The position numbers were made by a program, and so were the translations under genes. From NCBI RefSeq assembly GCF_009914755.1, contig NC_060925.1: a stretch of 64,000 bases of DNA; one strand, given 5' to 3'. The notes below the pieces were generated by a model that did not search any database, was not told the DNA's origin, and was given only the letters and a program-made list of their open reading frames with translations. The stretch's first letter is position 1, and each line of letters starts with the position of its first letter. Positions 14,001-27,405 of the stretch are shown here, piece by piece. This stretch comes from the human T2T-CHM13v2.0 reference genome, Homo sapiens.

Positions 14001-16237
14001 TCATCGAATGGAATCGAATGGAATCATCGAATGGACTCGAATGGAATAATCATTGAACGGAATCGAATGGAATCATCATCGGATGGAAACGAATGGAATC
14101 ATCATCGAATGGAAATGAAAGGAGTCATCATCTAATGGAATTGCATGGAATCATCATAAAATGGAATCGAATGGAATCAACATCAAATGGAATCAAATGG
14201 AATCATTGAACGGAATTGAATGGAATCGTCATCGAATGAATTGAATGCAATCATCGAATGGTCTCGAATGGAATCATCTTCAAATGGAATGGAATGGAAT
14301 CATCGCATAGAATCGAATGGAATTATCATCGAATGGAATCGAATGGAGTCAACATCAAACGGAAAAAAACGGAATTATCGAATGGAATCGAAGAGAATCA
14401 TCGAATGGACCCGAATGGAATCATCTAATGGAATGGAATGGAATAATCCATGGACTCGAATGCAATCATCATCGAATGGAATCGAATGGAATCATCGAAT
14501 GGACTCGAATGGAATAATCATTGAACGGAATCGAATGGAATCATCATCGGATGGAAACGAATGGAATCATCATCGAATGGAAATGAAAGGAGTCATCATC
14601 TAATGGAATTGCATGGAATCATCATAAAATGGAATCGAATGGAATCAACATCAAATGGAATCAAATGGAATCATTGAACGGAATTGAATGGAATCGTCAT
14701 CGAATGAATTGAATGCAATCATCGAATGGTCTCGAATGGAATCATCTTCAAATGGAATGGAATGGAATCATCGCATAGAATCGAATGGAATTATCATCGA
14801 ATGGAATCGAATGGAGTCAACATCAAACGGAAAAAAACGGAATTATCGAATGGAATCGAAGAGAATCATCGAATGGACCCGAATGGAATCATCTAATGGA
14901 ATGGAATGGAATAATCCATGGACTCGAATGCAATCATCATCGAATGGAATCGAATGGAATCATCGAATGGACTCGAATGGAATAATCATTGAACGGAATC
15001 GAATGGAATCATCATCGGATGGAAATGAATGGAATCATCATCGAATGGAATCGAATAGAATTATGGAATGAAATCCAGTGTGATCATCATCGAATGGACC
15101 CGATTGGAATCATCATCCAACGGAAGCTAATGGAATCAACATCGAATGAATCAAATGGAAACACCATCGAATTGAAACGAATGGAATTACCATGAAATTG
15201 AAATGGTGGACTCATCATCGAATGGATTCGAATGGAATCATCGAATAAAATTGATTGAAATCATCATCGAATGGAATCGAATGGTATCATTTAATGGAAT
15301 CGAATGGAATCATCATCAGATGGAAATGAATGGAATCGTCATAGAATGGAATCGAATGGATTCATTGAATGGAATCAGATGGAATCATCGAATGGACTGG
15401 AATGGAATCATTGAATGGACTCGAAAGGGATCATTATTGAATGGAATTGAATGGAATCATCGAATGGTCTCGATTGGAATCATTATCAAATGGAATCGAA
15501 TGGAATCACCGAATAGAATCGAACGGATCAATCATCGAATGGACTCAAATGGAATTATCCTCCAATGGAATCGAATGGAATTATCGAATGCAATCGAATG
15601 GAACTATCGAATGCAATCGAATAGAATCATCGAATGGACTCGAATGGAATCATCGAATGGAATGGAATGGAACAGTCAATGAACACGAATAGAATCATCA
15701 TTGAATGGAATCGAATGGAATCATCGAGTGGAATCGAATGGAATTATGATCAAATGGAATCGAATGTAATCATCATCAAATGGAATCAAAAATAACCATC
15801 ATCAATTGGTATTGAATGGAATTGTCATCAAATGGAATTCAAAGGAAACATCATCAAATGGAACCGAATGGAATCCTCATTGAATGGAAATGAAAGGGGT
15901 CATCATCTAATGGAATCGCATGGAATCATCATCAAATGGAATCGAATGGAATCAACATCAAATGGAATCTGATGGAATCATTGAACAGAATTGAATGGAA
16001 TCGTCATCGAATGAATTGAATGCAATCATCCAATGGTCTCGAATGGAATCATCTTCTAATGGAAAGGAATGGAATCATCGCATAGAATCGAATGGAATTA
16101 TCATCGAATGGAATCGAATGCTATCAACACCAAACGGAAAAAAACGGAATTATCGAATGGAATCAAAGAGAATCTTCGAACGGACCCGAATGGAATCATC
16201 TAATGGAATAGAATGCAATAATCCATGGACTGGAAGG
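5070..16237 (+). repeat. 11168-bp tandem duplication, copy 1
   Basis: Every ORF from 5128 to 15995 has a near-identical partner exactly 11168 bp downstream (5128/16296, 6135/17303, 8906/20074, 15995/27163), sharing private variants such as 'caacgtaag', 'gactgatc', 'tcacggaatagaatcgg'. Confidence 0.92.
7135..15220 (+). repeat. Nested 4042-bp tandem duplication (two copies, junction ~11175-11226)
   Basis: ORF pairs 7353/11395, 7934/11976, 8703/12745, 9710/13752, 10646/14688, 11161/15203 are all 4042 apart. 4042 = 2x1776 + 468 + 23 - 1, matching the extra module, the 23-bp insertion and the 1-bp deletion seen. Confidence 0.88.
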
Positions 16238-19200
16238 CAATCATCATCGAATGGAATCGAATGGAATCATCGAATGGACTCGAATGGAATAATCATTGAA
16301 CGGAATTGAATGGAATCATCATCGGATGGAAATGAATGGAATCATCATCGAACGGAATCGAATAGAATTATGGAATGAAATCCAGTGTGATCATCATCGA
16401 ATGGACCCGAATGGAATCATCATCCAACGGAAGCTAATGGAATCAACATCGAATGAATCGAATGGAAACACCATCGAATTGAAACGAATGGAATTATCAT
16501 GAAATTGAAATGGATGGACTCATCATCGAATGGATTCGAATGGAATCGTCGAATAAAATTGATTGAAATCATTATTGAATGGAATCGAATGGTATCATTG
16601 AATGGAATCGAATGGAATCATCATCAGATGGAAATGAATGGAATCGTCATAGAATGGAATCGAATGGATTCATTGAATGGAATCAGATGGAATCATCGAA
16701 TGGACTGGAATGGAATCATTGAATGGACTCGAAAGGGATCATGATTGAATGGAATTGAATGGAATCATAGAATGGTCTCGATTGGAATCATTATCAAATG
16801 GAATCGAATGGAATCACCGAATAGAATCGAACGGAACAATCATCGAATGGACTCAAATGGAATTATCCTCCAATGGAATCGAATGGAATTATCGAATGCA
16901 ATCGAATGGAATTATCGAATGCAATCGAATAGAATCATCGAATGGACTCGAATGGAATCATCGAATTGAATGGAATGGAACAGTCAATGAACACGAATGG
17001 AATCATCATTGAATGGAATCGAATGGAATCATCGAGTGGAATCGAATGGAATTATGATCAAATGGAATCGAATGTAATCATCATCAAATGGAATCAAAAA
17101 TAACCATCATCAATTGGTATTGAATGGAATTGTCATCAAATGGAATTCAAAGGAATCATCATCAAATGGAACCGAATGGAATCCTCATAGAATGGAAATG
17201 AAAGGGGTCATCATCTAATGGAATCGCATGGAATCATCATAAAATGCAATCGAATGGAATCATTATCAAATGGAATCTAATGGAATCATTGAACAGAATT
17301 GAATGGAATCGTCATCGAATGAATTGAATGCAATCATCGAATGGTCTCGAATGGAATCATCTTCTAATGGAAAGGAATGGAATCATCGCATAGAATCGAA
17401 TGGAATTATCATCGAATGGAATCGAATGGTATCAAAACCAAACGGAAAAAAACGGAATTATCGAATGGAATCGAAGAGAATCTTCGAACGGACCCGAATG
17501 GAATCATCTAATGGAATGGAATGGAATAATCCATGGACTCGAATGCAATCATCATCGAATGGAATCGAATGGAATCATCGAATGGACTCGAATGGAATAA
17601 TCATTGAACGGAATCGAATGGAATCATCATCGGATGGAAACGAATGGAATCATCATCGAATGGAAATGAAAGGAGTCATCATCTAATGGAATTGCATGGA
17701 ATCATCATAAAATGGAATCGAATGGAATCAACATCAAATGGAATCAAATGGAATCATTGAACGGAATTGAATGGAATCGTCATCGAATGAATTGAATGCA
17801 ATCATCGAATGGTCTCGAATGGAATCATCTTCAAATGGAATGGAATGGAATCATCGCATAGAATCGAATGGAATTATCATCGAATGGAATCGAATGGTAT
17901 CAACATCAAACGGAAAAAAACGGAATTATCGAATGGAATCGAAGAGAATCATCGAATGGACCCGAATGCAATCATCTAAAGGAATGGAATGGAATAATCA
18001 ATGGACTCGAATACAATCATCATCGAATGGAATCGAATGGAATCATCGAATGAACTCGAATGGAATAATCATTGAACGGAATCGAATGGAATCATCATCG
18101 GATGGAAATGAATGGAATCATCATCGAATGGAATCGAATAGAATTATGGAATGAAATCCAGTGTGATCATCATCGAATGGACCCGAATGCAATCATCATC
18201 CAACGTAAGCTAATGGAATCAACATCGAATGAATCGAATGGAAACACCATCGAATTGAAACGAATGGAATTATCATGAAATGGAAATGGATGGACTGATC
18301 ATCGAATGGATTCGAATGGAATCATCGAATAAAATTGATTGAAATCATCATCAAATGGAATCGAATGGTATCATTGAATGGAATCGAATGGAATCATCAT
18401 CAGATGGAAATGAATGGAATCGTCATAGAATGGAATCGAATGGATTCATTGACTGGAATCAGATGGAATCATCGAATGGACTGGAATGGAATCATTGAAT
18501 GGACCCGAAAGGGATCATGATTGAATGGAATTGAATGCAATCATCGAATGGTCTCGATTGGAATCATTATCAAATGGAATCGAATGGAATCACCGAATAG
18601 AATCGAATGGAACAATCATCGAATGGACTCAAATGGAATTATCCTCAAATGCAATGGAATGGAATTATCGAATGCAATCGAATGGAATTATCGAATACAA
18701 TCGAATGGAATTATTGAATGCAATCGAATAGAATCATCGAATGGACTCGAATGGATTCATCGAATGGAATGGAATGGAACAGTCAATGAACTCGAATGGA
18801 ATCATCATTGAATGGAATCGAAAGGAATCATCGAGTGGAATCGAATGGAATTATGATCAAATGGAATCGAATGTAATCATCATCAAATGGAATCAAAAAT
18901 AACCATCATCAATTGGTATTGAATGGAATTGTCATCAAATGGAATTCAAAGGAAACATCATAAAATGGAACCGAATGGAATCCTCATTGAATGGAAATGA
19001 AAGGGGTCATCATCTAATGGAATCGCATGGAATCATCATCAAATGGAATCGAATGGAATCATCATCAAATGGAATCTGATGGAATCATTGAACAGAATTG
19101 AATGGAATCGTCATGGAATGAATTGAATGCAATCATCGAATGGTCTCGAATGGAATCATCTTCTAATGGAAAGGAATGTAATCATCGCATAGAATCGAAT

Positions 19201-22200
19201 GGAATTATCATCGAATGGAATCGAATGGTATCAACATCAAACGGAATAAAACGGAATTATCGAATGGAATCGAAGAGAATCTTCGAACGGACCCGAATGG
19301 AATCATCTAATGGAATGGAATGGAATAATCCATGGACTGGAAGGCAATCATCATCGAATGGAATCGAATGGAATCATGGAATGGACTCGAATGGAATAAT
19401 AATTGAACGGAATCGAATGGAATCATCATCGGATGGAAACGAATGGAATCATCATCGAATGGAAATGAAAGGAGTCATCATCTAATGGAATTGCATGGAA
19501 TCATCATAAAATGGAATCGAATGGAATCAACATCAAATGGAATCAAATAGAATCATTGAACGGAATTCAATGGAATCGTCATCGAATGAATTGAATGCAA
19601 TCATTGAATGGTCTCGAATGGAATCATCTTCAAATGGAATGGAATGGAATCATCGCATAGAATCGAATGGAATTATCATCGAATGGAATCTAATGGAGTC
19701 AACATCAAACGGAAAGAAACGGAATTATCGAATGGAATCGAAGAGAATCATCGAATGGACCCGAATGGAATCATCTAATGGAATGGAATGGAATAATCCA
19801 TGGACTCGAATGCAATCATCATCGAATGGAATCGAATGGAATCATCGAGTGGACTCGAATGGAATAATCATTGAACGGAATCGAATGGCATCATCATCGG
19901 ATGGAAATGAATGGAATCATCATCGAATGGAATCGAATAGAATTATGGAATGAAATCCAGTGTGATCATCATCGAATGGACCCGAATGGAATCATCATCC
20001 AACGGAAGCTAATGGAATCAACATCGAATGAATCAAATGGAAACACCATCGAATTGAAACGAATGGAATTACCATGAAATTGAAATGGATGGACTCATCA
20101 TCGAATGGATTCGAAAGGAATCATCGAATAAAATTGATTGAAATCATCATCGAATGGAATCGAATGGTATCATTGAATGGAATCGAATGGAATCATCATC
20201 AGATGGAAATGAATGGAATCGTCATAGAATGGAATCGAATGGATTCATTGAATGGAATCAGATGGAATCATCGAATGGACTGGAATGGAATCATTGAATG
20301 GACTCGAAAGGGATCATTATTGAAAGGAATTGAATGGAGTCATCGAATGGTCTCGATTGGAATCATTATGAAATGGAATCGAATGGAATCACGGAATAGA
20401 ATCGGATGGAACAATCATCGAATGGACTCAAATGGAATTATCCTCAAATGGAATGGAATGGAATTATCGAATGCAATCGAATGGAATTATCGAATGCAAT
20501 CGAATAGAATCATCGAATGGACTCGAATGGAATCATCGAATGGAATGGAATGGAACAGTCAATGAACTCGAATGGAATCATCATTGAATGGAATCGAATG
20601 CAATCATCGAGTGGAATCGAATGGAATTATGATCAAATGGAATCGAATGTAATCATCATCAAATGGAATCAAAAATAACCATCATCAATTGGTATTGAAT
20701 AGAATTGTCATCAAATGGAATTCAAAGGAATCATCATCAAATGGAACCGAATGGAATCCTCATTGAATGGAAATGAAAGGGGTCATCATCTAATGGAATC
20801 ACATGGAATCATCGTCAAATGGAATCGAATGGAATCATCATCAAATGGAATCTGATGGAATCATTGAACAGAATTGAATGGAATGGTCATCGAATGAATT
20901 GAATGCAATCATCGAATGGTCTCGAATGGAATCATCTTCTAATGGAAAGGAATGGAATCATCGCATAGAATCGAATGGAATTATCATCGAATGGAATCGA
21001 ATGGTATCAACATCAAACGGAAAAAAACGGAATTATCAAATGGAATCGAAGAGAATCTTCGAACGGACCCGAATGGAATCATCTAATGGAATGGAATGGA
21101 ATAATCCATGGACTGGAAGGAAATCATCATCGAATGGAATCGAATGGAATCATCGAATGGACTCGAATGGAATAATCATTGAACGGAATCGAATGGAATC
21201 ATCATCGGATGGAAACGAATGGAATCATCATCGAATGGAAATGAAAGGAGTCATCATCTAATGGAATTGCATGGAATCATCATAAAATGGAATTGAATGG
21301 AATCAACATCAAATGGAATCAAATGGAATCATTGAACGGAATTGAATGGAATCGTCATCGAATGAATTGAATGCAATCATCGAATGGTCTCGAATGGAAT
21401 CATCTTCAAATGGAATGGAATGGAATCATCGCATAGAATCGAATGGAATTATCATCGAATGGAATCGAATGGAGTCAACATCAAACGGAAAAAAACGGAA
21501 TTATCGAATGGAATCGAAGAGAATCATCGAATGGACCCGAATGGAATCATCTAATGGAATGGAATGGAATAATCCATGGACTCGAATGCAATCATCATCG
21601 AATGGAATCGAATGGAATCATCGAATGGACTCGAATGGAATAATCATTGAACGGAATCGAATGGAATCATCATCGGATGGAAACGAATGGAATCATCATC
21701 GAATGGAAATGAAAGGAGTCATCATCTAATGGAATTGCATGGAATCATCATAAAATGGAATCGAATGGAATCAACATCAAATGGAATCAAATGGAATCAT
21801 TGAACGGAATTGAATGGAATCGTCATCGAATGAATTGAATGCAATCATCGAATGGTCTCGAATGGAATCATCTTCAAATGGAATGGAATGGAATCATCGC
21901 ATAGAATCGAATGGAATTATCATCGAATGGAATCGAATGGAATCAACATCAAACGGAAAAAAACGGAATTATCGAATGGAATCGAAGAGAATCATCGAAT
22001 GGACCCGAATGGAATCATCTAATGGAATGGAATGGAATAATCCATGGACTCGAATGCAATCATCATCGAATGGAATCGAATGGAATCATCGAATGGACTC
22101 GAATGGAATAATCATTGAACGGAATCGAATGGAATCATCATCGGATGGAAATGAATGGAATCATCATCGAATGGAATCGAATAGAATTATGGAATGAAAT

Positions 22201-25200
22201 CCAGTGTGATCATCATCGAATGGACCCGATTGGAATCATCATCCAACGGAAGCTAATGGAATCAACATCGAATGAATCAAATGGAAACACCATCGAATTG
22301 AAACGAATGGAATTACCATGAAATTGAAATGGTGGACTCATCATCGAATGGATTCGAATGGAATCATCGAATAAAATTGATTGAAATCATCATCAAATGG
22401 AATCGAATGGTATCATTGAATGGAATCGAATGGAATCATCATCAGATGGAAATGAATGGAATCGTCATAGAATGGAATCGAATGGATTCATTGAATGGAA
22501 TCAGATGGAATCATCGAATGGACTGGAATGGAATCATTGAATGGACCCGAAAGGGATCATGATTGAATGGAATTGAATGCAATCATCGAATGGTCTCGAT
22601 TGGAATCATTATCAAATGGAATCGAATGGAATCACCGAATAGAATCGAATGGAACAATCATCGAATGGACTCAAATGGAATTATCCTCAAATGCAATGGA
22701 ATGGAATTATCGAATGCAATCGAATGGAATTATCGAATGCAATCGAATGGAATTATTGAATGCAATCGAATAGAATCATCGAATGGACTCGAATGGATTC
22801 ATCGAATGGAATGGAATGGAACAGTCAGTGAACTCGAATGGAATCATCATTGAATGGAATCGAAAGGAATCATCGAGTGGAATCGAATGGAATTATGATC
22901 AAATGGAATCGAATGTAATCATCATCAAATGGAATCAAAAATAACCATCATCAATTGGTATTGAATGGAATTGTCATCAAATGGAATTCAAAGGAAACAT
23001 CATAAAATGGAACCGAATGGAATCCTCATTGAATGGAAATGAAAGGGGTCATCATCTAATGGAATCGCATGGAATCATCATCAAATGGAATCGAATGGAA
23101 TCATCATCAAATGGAATCTGATGGAATCATTGAACAGAATTGAATGGAATCGTCATGGAATGAATTGAATGCAATCATCGAATGGTCTCGAATGGAATCA
23201 TCTTCTAATGGAAAGGAATGGAATCATCGCATAAAATCGAATGGAATTATCATCGAATGGAATCGAATGGTATCAACATCAAACGGAATAAAACGGAATT
23301 ATCAAATGGAATCGAAGAGAATCTTCGAACGGACCCGAATGGAATCATCTAATGGAATGGAATGGAATAATCCATGGACTGGAAGGCAATCATCATCGAA
23401 TGGAATCGAATGGAATCATGGAATGGACTCGAATGGAATAATAATTGAACGGAATCGAATGGAATCATCATCGGATGGAAACGAATGGAATCATCATCGA
23501 ATGGAAATGAAAGGAGTCATCATCTAATGGAATTGCATGGAATCATCATAAAATGGAATCGAATGGAATCAACATCAAATGGAATCAAATAGAATCATTG
23601 AACGGAATTGAATGGAATCGTCATCGAATGAATTGAATGCAATCATTGAATGGTCTCGAATGGAATCATCTTCAAATGGAATGGAATGGAATCATCGCAT
23701 AGAATCGAATGGAATTATCATCGAATGGAATCTAATGGAGTCAACATCAAACGGAAAGAAACGGAATTATCGAATGGAATCGAAGAGAATCATCGAATGG
23801 ACCCGAATGGAATCATCTAATGGAATGGAATGGAATAATCCATGGACTCGAATGCAATCATCATCGAATGGAATCGAATGGAATCATCGAGTGGACTCGA
23901 ATGGAATAATCATTGAACGGAATCGAATGGCATCATCATCGGATGGAAATGAATGGAATCATCATCGAATGGAATCGAATAGAATTATGGAATGAAATCC
24001 AGTGTGATCATCATCGAATGGACCCGAATGGAATCATCATCCAACGGAAGCTAATGGAATCAACATCGAATGAATCAAATGGAAACACCATCGAATTGAA
24101 ACGAATGGAATTACCATGAAATTGAAATGGATGGACTCATCATCGAATGGATTCGAAAGGAATCATCGAATAAAATTGATTGAAATCATCATCGAATGGA
24201 ATCGAATGGTATCATTGAATGGAATCGAATGGAATCATCATCAGATGGAAATGAATGGAATCGTCATAGAATGGAATCGAATGGATTCATTGAATGGAAT
24301 CAGATGAAATCATCGAATGGACTGGAATGGAATCATTGAATGGACTCGAAAGGGATCATTATTGAATGGAATTGAATGGAGTCATCGAATGGTCTCGATT
24401 GGAATCATTATGAAATGGAATCGAATGGAATCACCGAATAGAATCGAATGGAACAATCATCGAATGGACTCAAATGGAATTATCCTCCAATGGAATGGAA
24501 TGGAATTATCGAATGCAATCGAATGGAATTATCGAATGCAATCGAATAGAATCATCGAATGGACTCGAATGGAATCATCGAATGGAATGGAATGGAACAG
24601 TCAATGAACTCGAATGGAATCATCATTGAATGGAATCGAATGCAATCATCGAGTGGAATCGAATGGAATTATGATCAAATGGAATCGAATGTAATCATCA
24701 TCAAATGGAATCAAAAATAACCATCATCAATTGGTATTGAATAGAATTGTCATCAAATGGAATTCAAAGGAATCATCATCAAATGGAACCGAATGGAATC
24801 CTCATTGAATGGAAATGAAAGGGGTCATCATCTAATGGAATCACATGGAATCATCGTCAAATGGAATCGAATGGAATCATCATCAAATGGAATCTGATGG
24901 AATCATTGAACAGAATTGAATGGAATGGTCATCGAATGAATTGAATGCAATCATCGAATGGTCTCGAATGGAATCATCTTCTAATGGAAAGGAATGGAAT
25001 CATCGCATAGAATCGAATGGAATTATCATCGAATGGAATCGAATGGTATCAACATCAAACGGAAAAAAACGGAATTATCAAATGGAATCGAAGAGAATCT
25101 TCGAACGGACCCGAATGGAATCATCTAATGGAATGGAATGGAATAATCCATGGACTGGAAGGCAATCATCATCGAATGGAATCGAATGGAATCATCGAAT

Positions 25201-27405
25201 GGACTCGAATGGAATAATCATTGAACGGAATCGAATGGAATCATCATCGGATGGAAACGAATGGAATCATCATCGAATGGAAATGAAAGGAGTCATCATC
25301 TAATGGAATTGCATGGAATCATCATAAAATGGAATCGAATGGAATCAACATCAAATGGAATCAAATGGAATCATTGAACGGAATTGAATGGAATCGTCAT
25401 CGAATGAATTGAATGCAATCATCGAATGGTCTCGAATGGAATCATCTTCAAATGGAATGGAATGGAATCATCGCATAGAATCGAATGGAATTATCATCGA
25501 ATGGAATCGAATGGAGTCAACATCAAACGGAAAAAAACGGAATTATCGAATGGAATCGAAGAGAATCATCGAATGGACCCGAATGGAATCATCTAATGGA
25601 ATGGAATGGAATAATCCATGGACTCGAATGCAATCATCATCGAATGGAATCGAATGGAATCATCGAATGGACTCGAATGGAATAATCATTGAACGGAATC
25701 GAATGGAATCATCATCGGATGGAAACGAATGGAATCATCATCGAATGGAAATGAAAGGAGTCATCATCTAATGGAATTGCATGGAATCATCATAAAATGG
25801 AATCGAATGGAATCAACATCAAATGGAATCAAATGGAATCATTGAACGGAATTGAATGGAATCGTCATCGAATGAATTGAATGCAATCATCGAATGGTCT
25901 CGAATGGAATCATCTTCAAATGGAATGGAATGGAATCATCGCATAGAATCGAATGGAATTATCATCGAATGGAATCGAATGGAGTCAACATCAAACGGAA
26001 AAAAACGGAATTATCGAATGGAATCGAAGAGAATCATCGAATGGACCCGAATGGAATCATCTAATGGAATGGAATGGAATAATCCATGGACTCGAATGCA
26101 ATCATCATCGAATGGAATCGAATGGAATCATCGAATGGACTCGAATGGAATAATCATTGAACGGAATCGAATGGAATCATCATCGGATGGAAATGAATGG
26201 AATCATCATCGAATGGAATCGAATAGAATTATGGAATGAAATCCAGTGTGATCATCATCGAATGGACCCGATTGGAATCATCATCCAACGGAAGCTAATG
26301 GAATCAACATCGAATGAATCAAATGGAAACACCATCGAATTGAAACGAATGGAATTACCATGAAATTGAAATGGTGGACTCATCATCGAATGGATTCGAA
26401 TGGAATCATCGAATAAAATTGATTGAAATCATCATCGAATGGAATCGAATGGTATCATTTAATGGAATCGAATGGAATCATCATCAGATGGAAATGAATG
26501 GAATCGTCATAGAATGGAATCGAATGGATTCATTGAATGGAATCAGATGGAATCATCGAATGGACTGGAATGGAATCATTGAATGGACTCGAAAGGGATC
26601 ATTATTGAATGGAATTGAATGGAATCATCGAATGGTCTCGATTGGAATCATTATCAAATGGAATCGAATGGAATCACCGAATAGAATCGAACGGATCAAT
26701 CATCGAATGGACTCAAATGGAATTATCCTCCAATGGAATCGAATGGAATTATCGAATGCAATCGAATGGAACTATCGAATGCAATCGAATAGAATCATCG
26801 AATGGACTCGAATGGAATCATCGAATGGAATGGAATGGAACAGTCAATGAACACGAATAGAATCATCATTGAATGGAATCGAATGGAATCATCGAGTGGA
26901 ATCGAATGGAATTATGATCAAATGGAATCGAATGTAATCATCATCAAATGGAATCAAAAATAACCATCATCAATTGGTATTGAATGGAATTGTCATCAAA
27001 TGGAATTCAAAGGAAACATCATCAAATGGAACCGAATGGAATCCTCATTGAATGGAAATGAAAGGGGTCATCATCTAATGGAATCGCATGGAATCATCAT
27101 CAAATGGAATCGAATGGAATCAACATCAAATGGAATCTGATGGAATCATTGAACAGAATTGAATGGAATCGTCATCGAATGAATTGAATGCAATCATCCA
27201 ATGGTCTCGAATGGAATCATCTTCTAATGGAAAGGAATGGAATCATCGCATAGAATCGAATGGAATTATCATCGAATGGAATCGAATGCTATCAACACCA
27301 AACGGAAAAAAACGGAATTATCGAATGGAATCAAAGAGAATCTTCGAACGGACCCGAATGGAATCATCTAATGGAATAGAATGCAATAATCCATGGACTG
27401 GAAGG
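16238..27405 (+). repeat. 11168-bp tandem duplication, copy 2
   Basis: As for copy 1. The junction lies between ~16238 and ~16306, where an A-type module ('ggaatagaatgcaat', 'actggaaggc') switches to the B-type tail private to the 4827 module ('aacggaattgaatgg', 'atcgaacggaatcgaatag'). Confidence 0.92.
18303..26388 (+). repeat. Second instance of the 4042-bp tandem pair, carried by the 11168-bp duplication
   Basis: ORF pairs 18521/22563, 19102/23144, 20878/24920, 22329/26371 are 4042 apart. Confidence 0.88.
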
